Assembly: GCF_001194135.2 (NCBI RefSeq)
Contig: NC_069005.1
Span: forward strand, 7,299,109 to 7,363,108
DNA from: Octopus bimaculoides
Lineage: Eukaryota
Direction of reading: 5' to 3'
Length of the DNA stretch: 64,000 nucleotides
The translations under genes and the position numbers were made by a program. Below, piece by piece: positions 49,431 to 63,061 of this stretch; the stretch's first letter is position 1, and every line of letters starts with the position of its first letter. Under the pieces are notes generated by a model, which was not told the origin of the DNA, did not search any database, and worked only from the letters and a program-made list of their open reading frames with translations.

Positions 49431-51129
49431 TTGAAGTAATAGCACCTATGAGTTAAACAGCCTATAAATAAAGGTCAGCTGTGAATATGGGAATAAACAG
49501 TCCCCAACAAAATCTAGGGCCTGGCACCCTGTAACCACCAAAGCAAGGGTTGTGTTGAAATTACGGCTTACAGCTTGGTATGTGTGGGTTATTTCAGCAG
49601 ATGAACTTACTAAGTCAGTGGTGAATATCACCAAGTGACCTAGAACCAACAGCATGCTGCCCTTAGGCATGCATGGGCCGAGATGACAAGATCACTGCTG
49701 CAACCATGCCGCGACTGCCTGTGACGTCAGCAGCAGGATGTGGCTATGGTGCGAGACATGGCCACAGCCCCAGATGTTGCCACTGCACTGGCCACAGCAA
49801 CAGCACTGGATGCAGATCACGGTGCTGGACACAAAGAAGAGCGGCAGTGTCAGTAAGCCCGGGCTGTGCATGGAGCTACCAACGATGGCCGCAACACCCC
49901 CGTGTCGGTGGAAAAGTACTGGATGGTGAGTGTGGGAACAGACAACAAACTGTCAATGGCCCAAATTAGCCAGTTTAGTTAGCAAACTGTTGCTCCCGTC
50001 TGTAGTCATAGTGTGCAGGGATGAGACCTCCAGCTTTCAAAAGACCAATACAACTTATTTGTCTGGGCAAGTCACCTGACTGGATGATGATGATGGTGAT
50101 GGTGGGTGATGACAATGATGGTGGTGGTGATGGATGACGATGCCAATGATGACTGATGGGTAACAACAAGATGTTGATGGTGGTGGTGATGGATGACGAT
50201 GATGACTGATGGGTGACAACAAGATGATGATGATGGTGATGGTGGTGATGGATGACGATGATGATGATGGATGACGATGACAATGATGATGATGACTGAT
50301 GACTGATGGCTGACAACAATGATGATAATGATGGTGGTGGTGGTAATGGGCGACGATGATGATAGTGGTGGTGATGGATGACGACGATGACGATGACGAT
50401 GATGATGATGACTGACTGATGGGTGACAACAATGATGATCATGATGATGATGATGAGGAGGAGGGGGACGACGACGACAACAATGCCAGTGACAACAACA
50501 ATGGATGATGATGATGAAGATATATGACAGGCATCTTTCAGTTTTGTCAACCAAAACCACTCATTAATTAGGCTTGTCTTATATTTTATTCAGAACCAAT
50601 AATCAATATAAAAAAGAAGAAGGAGAAAAAAATTGATCTGACTATTAATGTGTTTCTGTGACCATTAACGATCTGAATGTCTATGAACATATGAACTTAC
50701 TGAAACAATACTTTTATTTCGTGAATTTATTCAACATAAACTACACTATTTAACTCCCTCCTCTATGTTATAATTACTGGTACTCCGTTGGTTACGACGA
50801 CGAGGGTTCCAGTTGATCTAATCAACAGAACAGCTTGCTCGTGATTTTAACGTGCAAGTGGCTGAGTACTCCACAGACACAGGTACCTTTAATACAGGTT
50901 TCAAGGAGATTGACACAGAATGTGACAAGGCTGACCCATTAGAATTACAGGTACAACTCATTTTTGCCAGCTTAGTGAACTGGGGCAATGTGAAATAAAG
51001 TGTCTTGCTCAAGGACCCAACACACTGCCAGGAATCGAACTCATGACCTCACGATTGTGAGCTGAATACCAAACCCACTAAAGCACACAATGACATGCAT
51101 AATAAACGTATTATGATTGCCTCATCAGG

Positions 51130-51770
51130 TGGCGAGCTGGCAGAATCGTTAGCATGCTGGGCGAAATGCTTAACGGTATTTTTTCTGCCGTTACGTTCTG
51201 AGTTCAAATTCCGCCGAGGTCGACTTTGCCTTTCATCCTTTCGGGGTCGATAAATTAAGTACCAGTTACGCACTGGGGTCGATGTAATCGACTTAATCCG
51301 TTCGTCTGTTCTTGTTTGTTCCCTCTATGTTTAGCCCCTTGTGGGCAATAACGAAATAGGTATTTCTTCTGTTGTTATGTTCTGAGTTCAAATTCCACTG
51401 AGGTCAACTTTGCCTTTCATCCTTTCAGGATCGATAAATTAAGTAACAGTTGCATATTGGAATCGATCTAGTCAATTGGCGCCCTCCCCCAAAATTCCAG
51501 GCCTTGTGCCTAGAGCAGAAAAGAATGTATATCCAAAGACAAGGCAACGAACTGGCAGAATTGTTAGCACATCGGGCAAAATGCTTAGCGGCATTTCGTC
51601 TGTCTTGACATTCTGAGTTCAAATTCTGCCGAAGTTGACTTTGCCTTTCATCCTTTCAGGGTCAATAAATTAAGTACCAGTTACATACTGGAGTCGATCT
51701 AATCAACTGGCCTGGCCCCCCTCCCCCAAAATTTCGGGCCTTGTGCCTAGAGTAGAAAATGTATATCTAA
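51130..51770 (+). mobile_element. Tandem array of about four SINE family B copies
   Basis: Repeated TTCTGAGTTCAAATT..GCCGAGGTCGACTTTGCCTTTCATCCTTTC units. Confidence 0.8.
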
Positions 51771-51849
51771 AGACACAGGCGTAGCCATATGGTAAGAAAT
51801 TTGCTTCTTGACCACATGCAATTCACTCAGCCAGAAATTTGGAAACGAC

Positions 51850-52158
51850 GTACCCTCCAGCCTTCATCAGGTGTCTTGGAGAAATTTTTGAACCTGGGTT
51901 CTCATTTGTAATGTATTTTTCGATATTATTATTATTATTATTATTATTGTTCAATAGTTTTATTTTTATAACGTGCTTTCACTTCACTACCGAGCGCAGC
52001 TCTGTGTGCCTTGGGTATGTGCTGTGGTTTGCTGTGATGCTCTTATGGTTACTGTATTCAAAGTGTTTTGCATAGGATGTGTGCAGTGCCTAGTAGTGCA
52101 ATTTTCTGTATGTTATATATATTTGTAAGTCCTGGTGTTTTTGTTATGTATTTGTCTG

Positions 52159-52210
<52 letters not shown>

Positions 52211-52300
52211 TCACTGACTGGAGTCGGACTCAGAATCTTGGGCTTAGCAGCCCACGCTCTTAACCCTCTACACCATAAGCCCAAGACACCTGATGAAGGC
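51850..52300 (-). mobile_element. Same hammerhead-like SINE family, copy 3 (carries the Dong-like insert)
   Basis: Decayed tRNA head at ~52205-52280 (minus) and body at 51850-51950. GCCTTCATCAGGTGTCTTGG (51860-51879) is inverted at 52281-52300. Confidence 0.7.
51953..52158 (-). mobile_element. 5'-truncated R4/Dong-clade non-LTR retrotransposon 3' end inserted in a (TAA)n tract
   Basis: Minus strand reads TPGLTNIYNIQKIALLGTAHILCKTL*IQ*, matching the R4-clade C-terminal QK..LLGTA.ILR..L motif, followed by ~100 nt of UTR. Flanked on both sides by (ATT)n. Confidence 0.8.
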
Positions 52301-52589
52301 TACCCCCCCACTTCCCTCAATGCCCGAAGCATGTGCTTGATGGTTAATCCAGGGATGCCTTCACTCTCAACCTTTGACAACCAGGGTCGATTTGTTACAT
52401 CCCCTTAATTTAGCAGTTCGATAAAAGGAGCTAATAGAATAATGCCAGTTTAAAAAAAAAAAAAGAATAAAAATGTGCTGGAGTTGATTGAGGTGGTGTT
52501 CCAGCATGGCCACAGTCCAGTAACGGAAACAAGTAAATGATGGAAGATAATGTAGCAGAGACAGAACACTCCTTGGTCATGTTCTTTAT

Positions 52590-52674
52590 AATGGATGTCT
52601 TTATCATCATCGTCATCATCATCATCATTGTTATCGTCACCATCATCATCATCATCATCATCATCGTTATCGTC

Positions 52675-52705
<31 letters not shown>

Positions 52706-54530
52706 TCAACAATTAAAATCACTGAGCCACTTTCTCATCACAACCCTTCTTATNNNNNNNNNNNNNNNNNNNNNNNNNNNNNNNNNNNNNNNNNNNNNNN
52801 NNNNNNNNNNNNNNNNNNNNNNNNNNNNNNNNNNNNNNNNNNNNNNNNNNNNNNNNNNNNNNNNNNNNNNNNNNNNNNNNNNNNNNNNNNNNNNNNNNNN
52901 NNNNNNNNNNNNNNNNNNNNNNNNNNNNNNNNNNNNNNNNNNNNNNNNNNNNNNNNNNNNNNNNNNNNNNNNNNNNNNNNNNNNNNNNNNNNNNNNNNNN
53001 NNNNNNNNNNNNNNNNNNNNNNNNNNNNNNNNNNNNNNNNNNNNNNNNNNNNNNNNNNNNNNNNNNNNNNNNNNNNNNNNNNNNNNNNNNNNNNNNNNNN
53101 NNNNNNNNNNNNNNNNNNNNNNNNNNNNNNNNNNNNNNNNNNNNNNNNNNNNNNNNNNNNNNNNNNNNNNNNNNNNNNNNNNNNNNNNNNNNNNNNNNNN
53201 NNNNNNNNNNNNNNNNNNNNNNNNNNNNNNNNNNNNNNNNNNNNNNNNNNNNNNNNNNNNNNNNNNNNNNNNNNNNNNNNNNNNNNNNNNNNNNNNNNNN
53301 NNNNNNNNNNNNNNNNNNNNNNNNNNNNNNNNNNNNNNNNNNNNNNNNNNNNNNNNNNNNNNNNNNNNNNNNNNNNNNNNNNNNNNNNNNNNNNNNNNNN
53401 NNNNNNNNNNNNNNNNNNNNNNNNNNNNNNNNNNNNNNNNNNNNNNNNNNNNNNNNNNNNNNNNNNNNNNNNNNNNNNNNNNNNNNNNNNNNNNNNNNNN
53501 NNNNNNNNNNNNNNNNNNNNNNNNNNNNNNNNNNNNNNNNNNNNNNNNNNNNNNNNNNNNNNNNNNNNNNNNNNNNNNNNNNNNNNNNNNNNNNNNNNNN
53601 NNNNNNNNCACCACCTCCACCGCCACCACCACCACCTCTACCACCCTGTTATCAACATCATCATTCTTGTTGTCATTGTCATCATCAGGACCACCACAGT
53701 GACAATCACTACCACCACCACCACCACCACCACCACCACTATCATCATCACCATCATCGTCGTTGTCGTCGTCACCATCACCATCATCACCATCACCGCC
53801 GCCCCCACCCCATTATCATGATCATGATCATCATCAGGACCGCTACAGCGACGACGATGACCACCACCACCACCATCACCATCTCCACCATCATCATCAT
53901 TATCATCATCATCACCATCATCCCCACCACCACCACCACCACCATCCTCATTTGTTGTTTTTCTCAAGAGGGTTGAGAAATGTTTTTTAAGACTTGACAT
54001 CAATTTATAATTATTTATTTTTCCCCACTTCAGATGAGTAAGTTTAGTTAATTACAGTGACGTCATTGAAGTTGACAGGGTGACAGTAGTTGGTGGTGGT
54101 GGTGGGTGTTGTATGGTGGGAGTGTAGTGGTGTTGGTGGCAGTGGTCATGATGGTGGGTGAGTAGAGGTGGTTTTGGCGATAGTAGTCATAGATGTGATG
54201 GAAATGGTGATGATAGCTGTATAGTAATGGCTGTTGTTGCTGTTGTCGATGGTAATGTTATAGTGGTGATGGTGGTGGCGGTGGTGGTAGTGGTGGTGGT
54301 AGTAGTCTTCATAATGCTGTTGTGGTTGTTGTTGTTGATGGTGGTGGTGGAGGTGGTGGCAGTGACGGGGTTATAACAGTGCTGTTGTTGGTGTTGGTGG
54401 TGGCAGTGGTGGTGGTGGTGGTAGTCTTGATAATGGTGTTGCTGTTGTTGTTGTGGTTGTTGTTGGTGTTGGTGGCGGCTGTGGTGGTGGTGGTGATGGT
54501 GGAATAGCAGGTTCTCACTGACCATATNNN
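52590..54530. repeat. Compound trinucleotide microsatellite field (CAT/CAC/GGT/GTT) with assembly gaps
   Basis: Long imperfect (CAT)n, (CAC)n, (GGT)n and (GTT)n runs. These explain the poly-S/T/H/V ORFs in the track. Similar fields at 48390-48555, 50080-50520, 35950-36200 and 62600-63110. Confidence 0.9.
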
Positions 54531-54878
54531 NNNNNNNNNNNNNNNNNNNNNNNNNNNNNNNNNNNNNNNNNNNNNNNNNNNNNNNNNNNNNNNNNNNNNN
54601 NNNNNNNNNNNNNNNNNNNNNNNNNNNNNNNNNNNNNNNNNCCAATGTTTACCTCTTTTCAAAATTCAAGTCTGCCTGACACAGCTTTTGCTTCTATGAT
54701 AAACACATTCTATTTTTAAATAATTTACATTAAAAACCTTACATCAAAATAGCATTTTAATTTATGCTCAAAACATCAGCTCAAAAATGACAATTTTACT
54801 AAATTTTCCCTTATTTTGCAAAATTAGTTAAAACAAAAGCTGTGTATTTTAACAGAAATATGGTGACAACAGAATTAA

Positions 54879-55100
54879 CCCTTTCGTTACCGTATTTATT
54901 TTGAGTTGCTCTGAGTTTCTTTCAATTAATTTTAAATATAACAAAGAATTTAGTAAAATAACTTAGTTATCATTCAGCTAGTGTTAAGAACATAAATTGT
55001 GACTAAGTTTTGGTGGAAGATTTTAATTCAAATCTTATGAAAACAAGATATATGTACTAGAGACCCAGAGGTGGTTTCAGCCGGGTTTGTAACAAAAGGG
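54879..55100. mobile_element. TTAA-targeting (piggyBac-like) MITE, second clean copy
   Basis: TTAA|CCCTTTCGTTACC ... GTAACAAAAGGG|TTAA, internal sequence nearly collinear with 33348-33568. Confidence 0.85.
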
Positions 55101-57018
55101 TTAAGAATTTTTTCTCTATTATATATTTTAACCCTTTTGTTACCATATTTCTGTTGACATGCTCTGTGTTTCTTTCAATTAATTTTAAATATAATAAAGA
55201 ATTTAGTAAAATAACTTGTGTGAGAGACATGGCTAACAACATCCAGCTATCCTTGAAACAAGCAGAATCAAGATGAGTATCTTATTGAATGGCTGTAGAC
55301 AAATTATACTCTATGCAGTACAACTGGTTGTGTTTTTATATAAGATACAAACAAACTTTATAACATGAGAAGATTTGCTTTCGGAAAAAAAAAAATCAAT
55401 TCAGTAAACTATCAGTGATAAAGATTTTTATCTGAGGTCAAATCAATGATAAATCAATTTGATTAATTCAAAGAAAAATTTAACAATCTGGTTACAGATG
55501 GTGCTCCAGCAATGGAAGATTCATCCACCCCTATGTACCTCTAACCTCAATTTCTGTCACTGTACATCTTCTGTTTCCCCATCACTTCCCCTCATTCATC
55601 CTGCCTATCCATTCAGCCATCCTCAATTCTCTGTTCTTGTTCTCTCTCTCTATCCATTTTTTTGTATGTTGATTTTATGCCCTGATACATCATCCCGCCC
55701 CCACATCGTTTCTCTATTTCTTGTGGGGGTACCCATGTAGCCCCTCTACAGCAAGACATCTGTTTCTGTTTCTGTTTCTCTTTCCTAACTAAGCCTCTCA
55801 ACATCTGGTGCAAAGCCATCTCCTTCAATCCCACACCCCCAACTCTGTCTTGCCGCCTACTCAGTGATTCCACTAATGATGGTGCTGCAAAAGAAAAAAA
55901 TCACCTAGTACATTCTGTAAAGTGGTCAGTGTCAGGAAGGGCATCCAATTGTAGAAGCCTTACAAAAGTAGCCACTGGGGACCAAGTCAGCCTATGGGCT
56001 AGTTGGATCTTGTCAAACTGTCCAACTGGTAGACCATAGGTGTTACATGATGATGGGCAGCCAGACTTATGGGTACCAACTCTCAGAATGAACAACATGT
56101 AATAAAAAAATATATGAAATTCGTAAAAAATGGTAAACAAATTCAATAACTGAAAATTTAAAGAAATTTTCGAGGAACTTGAAGTGGTTTATAGTGATTT
56201 ATTCTATGGTTGCGAAGCTGTGCCATTCAGAATGTTCTGCAGGCCACAGGCTGTCCACGATTGCCCTCAAAGTTTTCCTTGATCTGCTAGAAATTGTAAT
56301 AAATGAAGGCACCCAAGGCAACAAAGAAGTCCCTTCATAGTTATTTGCGGCGTCAGAAATAGCAGCCAAACCTTCCTCAAACTTGTGGATTTGTACTTCA
56401 GTCAAGCAGGTATCAGGACTTTTCAGTGAACCATTTCTTCAAGCCTGTGGCATCTGAGGCATTCAGAGGGGCTGGGCCACTAACAGCGAAGTCCTTTTCA
56501 TCGTTGGTGGCTCGCTTTACCAAGGCGTCTGGTAATGCCCGAGAGGGTGCTTGGCTGTCCCAATGGCTTAGCCTCACCATCACCTGTAGTAATGCTGTGA
56601 GTGTATCGGCTTACTTCAGAAGGTTCTATTGAACCTTGTGGTGTGCAAGTAATTGAAACACATAGTGTTGAATTCATGTTTTTTTTCTTTCTTTCTTCCT
56701 CTTCTTTTACTTTCTTTCTTTACTCGTGATTGTGTTTTCTTCAGTTTTGGGTTTGAGTCTTCATGCAGTTTTATATTATAAATGTATTGTATCATATACA
56801 TATTTATGTAATTATTAAATCATCCAAATTGTCAACTAATTGGACGGCTAACATTGTAGCTATGTACTTCAATCTATTAATTAGCTGGCTAACCCAACAC
56901 TTTGTTAATAAGTGTTTTGGTTATCTAGTTAAACAGGTTAACCTTGTAAAAAGAATATACATACATAAATGCATACATACATACATATATATTTATAAAT
57001 AGATAGATAGATAGATAG

Positions 57019-57053
<35 letters not shown>

Positions 57054-57429
57054 CAGGTGCAGGCATGGCTGTGTGGTAAGAAGCTCGCTTCTGAACTACA
57101 TGGTCCCAGGTTCAATCCCACTGTGTGGCACCTTGGGCAAATGACTTCTACTATAGTCTTCCACTAACCAAAGCCTTGCGAGGGGATTTGGTAGATAGAA
57201 ACTGAAAAGAAGCCCGTCATATATATATGTGTGTGTGTCTGTGCGTCATTGTGTCTAGTACGCAACTGGTACTTAATTTATCAACCCTGAAAGGATGAAA
57301 GGCAAAGTCGACCTGGGTGGAATTTGAACTCGAAACGTAAAGACAGACAATATACCTCTAAGTTTTTCGCCTGGCGTGCTAACGTTTCTGCCAGTTCGCC
57401 GCCTTTAAAACTATCATTATTATTATGAA

Positions 57430-58575
57430 AGACTAGCTGGTCCCATGCCATCAAAAATGATGGCTAATTGTAGTATTTTATATACAAATAAGGATAAAAG
57501 ATAGAATATAGATGGTAATTCAAATTAATACATTTCTCAATGTTATCTAATATTTTATTTATAAATATGGATGGCAAATCAAATTAATACACTTGTCAAT
57601 GTTATCTAGTGGTTGTCTTTTGAGATGTGACATCAACCATCGTTTATTACTGAAAGAACACTGGTTAGTTTATGTATAGTTACTGAAAGAACTCTGGGTA
57701 GACATTTCTTAATATAAATAAAGGACATGTTTTAGCTGTTAAATTAAGATATGTATTAGTAATTTACCTTTCAACTGTTGTCGTTTTATATTCTTGATAC
57801 ATTCAGGCAATAATTATTTTCTCTAATGAGTTTGTATATGTTTATGTAGGTGTGTGTGATTGTAATAATTATTATTAAGAAAACAGATAGAATATGGATG
57901 ACAAATCAAATTAGCACACTTGTCAATGTCATCTAGTGGTTGTCTTTTGAGATGTGACATCAATCATTGTCTGTTACTGAAAGAACAGTGACTCATACAT
58001 ACAAACATACACATACTTCCCTTGTGCACACACATGCATACATACATATACTTACAGCTCAAATGCTGTTTGATTTCTCTTTTCAGCGTTGAATGCTCAC
58101 TGTCCCACTTCCATTGCACATGCACACACAAACATTCACATGACTCCCTTTTACATACACACACACATATGTATATACTCACACAGAGTTCAAATGCTGT
58201 ATGATTTTTTTTGCACCCCCTTCCTTCCTTATTCAGCTATCACCCCGTCCTTTCTCATTCATATGTTGTGACGGAGAAAAACACTAGAGAATATTATAAT
58301 AGACTAACTGGCCCCGTGCCGTCAAAAATGACAGCTAATTGTAGTATCTTATATATATGTAGTATCTTAAAATATGGATGGCAAATCAAATTAATACACT
58401 TGTGAATGTTTACATACTTCCCTTGTACATGCACACAAATACGTACATACACACATACTCACACAGAGTTCAAATGCTGTATGATTTTTTTTGCACCCCA
58501 CTTCCTTCCTTATTCATCTATCACCCCCTCCTTTCTGATTCATATGTTGTGACGGAGAAAAACACAAGAGTATTA
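57430..58575 (+). mobile_element. Locally duplicated Helitron-like non-autonomous element
   Basis: Two starts, ACTAGCTGGTCCCATGCCATCAAAAATGATGGC (~57432) and ACTAACTGGCCCCGTGCCGTCAAAAATGACAGC (~58303), each with a 5' hairpin. Duplicated internal blocks at 57560-57680 / 57880-57990 and 58130-58290 / 58420-58570; one ends ...AAAACACTAG. Confidence 0.45.
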
Positions 58576-61500
58576 TTATAGTAGAAGATGGCAAGCTGGC
58601 TGATGTGTTAGCATGCTGGGCAAAACATCTGGTTTTGTGTTCTGAGTTAACATTCCACTGAGGCTGATGTNNNNNNNNNNNNNNNNNNNNNNNNNNNNNN
58701 NNNNNNNNNNNNNNNNNNNNNNNNNNNNNNNNNNNGGGGGGGTCAATAAAATAAGTACCAGTTGTGTACTGGGGAGAGGGGTGAGTCAACGTAATTGACT
58801 TACCTCCTCCCCAAAACTTACTATCTTATAATAATTCTGCTTGTCACTCCATTACTTAGCCCATCTGTAACACTTCTATGTGATTAGTTGAAGTGGGGGA
58901 GAGAGAGAGAGAGAGAGAGGAGGAATATGGGTGGGGAGGAGAAGAGAAGGTGGTGGTGAGTGAAACATGTAATTTTTTTTCTTCCCTTTTTTTAACTAAG
59001 TTTTTTTTTTCTCCGTTACTTAAACCTGTCTGTCATGCTTTCACGTGGTTAGTTGAATGGAAAGGCAAAGAGCAAAAGATAAAAGAAGAGAGAAAAACAG
59101 AATAAGGTGAAGGGTGAGAGAAAAAGAGAGTGCTGTGTATTAAGTCTATAAAACTGTGCATAAAGTATATAAAAGTGTATATATAAGGTGCATTAAGTAA
59201 TTATCGTATTCCAGTTTCCTTTACTTTTCAATGATTAGCAGATGAGTGACTATCTTTTGATACAGACACAACACAAGCTTCGCTTTTAGGTTCATTGGAT
59301 AAAGTTTCCAGAAATAACCCAATAAGTTTACCATTAATTCTGTGAATAATTCACAGGTCCTGCTAGTTAATATTATTATTATTATGGCAGTGAGTTGGCA
59401 GAATTGTTAGTACACCAGGCGAAACACTTAGTAGCAGTTTGTTCATCTTTATTTTCTGAGTTCAAATTCCACTGACGTCGACTTTGCCTTTCATCCTTTC
59501 AGGTTCGATGAAATAAATACCAGTTATGTACTGGGGTAGATGTAATTGAATAGCCTGCTCCTTCACAATTTCAGGAATTGTGCCTTTAGTAGAAAGGATT
59601 ATTATTATTATTATTATTATTATTATTGATAAGGTGGTGAGCTGGCAGAATTGTTAGCAAATTAGACAAGGTGCTTAGTGGCAATTTGTCCATCTTTATG
59701 TTCTGAGTTCAAATGCCATCAAAGTTGACTTTGCCTTTAATCCTTTTGGGGTTGATAAAATAAGTACCAACCGACTATCCCCCTCTGAGGCTTCCGTCTC
59801 ACCCCATGCTGTTTTTCGGACCCCCAAAAGAGTTTTGTAGGATATTAGGTCACAGGAAATCATTCATCAGAGAAAAAAATTTCCTANNNNNNNNNNNNNN
59901 NNNNNNNNNNNNNNNNNNNNNNNNNNNNNNNNNNNNNNNNNNNNNNNNNNNNNNNNNNNNNNNNNNNNNNNNNNNNNNNNNNNNNNNNNNNNNNNNNNNN
60001 NNNNNNNNNNNNNNNNNNNNNNNNNNNNNNNNNNNNNNNNNNNNNNNNNNNNAAAATAAGGGATTTGCAGCATATTAGGAGGTTAGGGTACTTGATTCCA
60101 CGCAAAAAATCTGAGTTTTTTTTTCTAAGTAAAAATCTTACGGGCTTTAATACAGAAATTTGCCATTGTTAGACCGTCTTGACGTTCTGAGTTCAAGTTC
60201 TGCCGAGGTTGACTTAGCCCTTCATCCTTCTGGATTCGATAGATTAAGTACCAGTGAAACACTGTGGTCGATGTAATGGACTAGTCCCCTCCCCACAAAT
60301 TTGAGGCCATGTGCCTCCAGTAGAAAACGTCATTTTTAATTCGGCAAGCTGGCAGAATCGTTAGCACGCCGGACAAAATGCTTAGCGGCATTTCGTCCGT
60401 CTTTACGTTCTGAGTTGAAATTTTGAGGTCGATGTATTCAATTTACCCCCTCCCCGAGTTTAGTGGTATTGTTCCAAAATTTGAAATCATTATTATTATT
60501 ATTATCATTATTATACTGCCGAGGTCAATTGTGTCTTTTCCTTTCGGAGTCGATAAAATAAAGTTGACCGCTAGGGGGAGGGGGTCATTAACTAGCCTTG
60601 TGTCCATAATAGAAAAGATTATTCATTATTGTTGTTATTTAACCCATGGTAAGGCATGCTTGAGAATGTCAATATTCATTAGCTAATTGGCAGAATTATT
60701 GACCATTTAGCTGAGACCCTTAAGTTCAAATTCTACTTTGGGCAAACTTTTTTTAGCTTTTGTCTTTCCAGGTTAGTATTTGTCAAATATAGAAGACAAT
60801 CTCATCGATTACAGCTGCCTATATCTAAAAAAGAAGGTGTAGTCTTGCGCCTCTGTTACAAAATCGATAGTAATATTATCATTACTATTATTTTATCGAT
60901 CTGTCATTGAGATCTGGTGGCAGGTATAGAGCGCCCTCTTGTCAGAACATTGGCAAAGGGGCAGACAACTCTAGCTTGGCCGCCGCACCAAGCGTGCATG
61001 GTTTGAGTTGGAAGGAGAAAAACAGCACGGCTGTCTGTCTCTGTCTGTTGCTGCTCTGTGTTTGTTTTATTTTTTTTTTTTGCAGCAAATGGTCAGTGAA
61101 GTAGCGAGCGGTGGAAGTAATTGCTTGCTCAACTGACAGTTATTGGGATTGCCAAGTTTGTTTTAGAGGTTTCCCCCGTGTTTGGTGCTGCTGTTGTTTG
61201 TTGTTGCTTCCGATGATGATGATGATGATGATGCTATCTTAGCGTCAACAGCAAGATAAAAGAAAAAAAAAACACATATCACTCATACATATACACATAT
61301 ATGTGCATATATGCATGTAACATATGCATATATTAGATATATATATATATATACACACATCTATATATTACTCACAGATTCTCAATCGCGCGCGCGCACA
61401 CAGACGTGCATCATTGAATGACTGATGCATGGAACAAACCGTGGGGGGCAGAAAAGAAAAGAAAGAAAGCAGCAATAAACACGAACATCCCCCTCTATCA

Positions 61501-63023
61501 AAAACAGTTTGGAGTATCATCATTTTTATATCATAAGTAAAAAGAAAACAATCTGAAGCGAAAATACAAATTGGATTTTTAATCGCAACACTAACAGTTT
61601 TCACCAAGGCGTTAACTCTTCCTCAATCGGAACCAGAAAAAAAAAACCCAATTCATTAATCCAAAGAATTTACATATANNNNNNNNNNNNNNNNNNNNNN
61701 NNNNNNNNNNNNNNNNNNNNNNNNNNNNNNNNNNNNNNNNNNNNNNNNNNNNNNNNNNNNNNNNNNNNNNNNNNNNNNNNNNNNNNNNNNNNNNNNNNNN
61801 NNNNNNNNNNNNNNNNNNNNNNNNNNNNNNNNNNNNNNNNNNNNNNNNNNNNNNNNNNNNNNNNNNNNNNNNNNNNNNNNNNNNNNNNNNNNNNNNNNNN
61901 NNNNNNNNNNNNNNNNNNNNNNNNNNNNNNNNNNNNNNNNNNNNNNNNNNNNNNNNNNNNNNNNNNNNNNNNNNNNNNNNNNNNNNNNNNNNNNNNNNNN
62001 NNNNNNNNNNNNNNNNNNNNNNNNNNNNNNNNNNNNNNNNNNNNNNNNNNNNNNNNNNNNNNNNNNNNNNNNNNNNNNNNNNNNNNNNNNNNNNNNNNNN
62101 NNNNNNNNNNNNNNNNNNNNNNNNNNNNNNNNNNNNNNNNNNNNNNNNNNNNNNNNNATATACATGCATACACACTGATTCACATATGAAATCATTCACA
62201 CGCACATACATGTATGCACACATAACCATTGATATATACATATATATCGTATATAATTTTTATGACACACACACACTCATATACACTTACATACATACAC
62301 TCACATATGAAACCATTCACACGCATATACATGCATGCATGCATACATACATACGTAACCATTAATATATATATATATATATATCGTATACGATTTTTTA
62401 TAGTACACACACACACGTATATCCGCACGCAAGCACGCACATACACACACACACATACACAGACACGCACACACACATACACACACACAGACACGCACAC
62501 GCACACACACACGTAATGTATGTAACCAGACGACTTCTGGGCAGAATCGGTCTGTTAATTTTAGTTTACACTGACAAACATCGTGACAGCTACTATGTTG
62601 TTGATAATAATGATGCTGACGACGATGATGATGATGATGATGGCTATTGTAGTATTAGTAGTAGTAGTAGTAGTCTTTGTTTATGAAGGTGATGATGATG
62701 ATGATGTTGTTAATGTTACTGTTGAGGGTGACCAGATTGTTGTTGATTGGTGATGGTGATGATGATGATGATGACTGTGGCCGTGACATTAGCGACGTGA
62801 TTGTTTGCAAGCCCCGCAAGTCTACCTCGGCCATAGCAGTCCTAAGATCAAAGGAATTCCAACCGCGACCGTCCCGCCTTTTTTTTCTTCTTTTTTTTTT
62901 TTGTATACATCTATGTTCTAAGAGTACAATGTCTGATGTTCTGTCCTTCTTCAAGACGCTCGGATGCGTTTTGAGGGACATTTGGCTTCTATTACTAGCA
63001 ATTCGTGAGACCACACAGAGTCG

Positions 63024-63061
<38 letters not shown>

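Noticed and set aside
61085-61116. Acceptor TTTTTTGCAG followed by ATGGTCAGTGAA...|GTAATT
   Set aside because: Too short and unsupported by homology.
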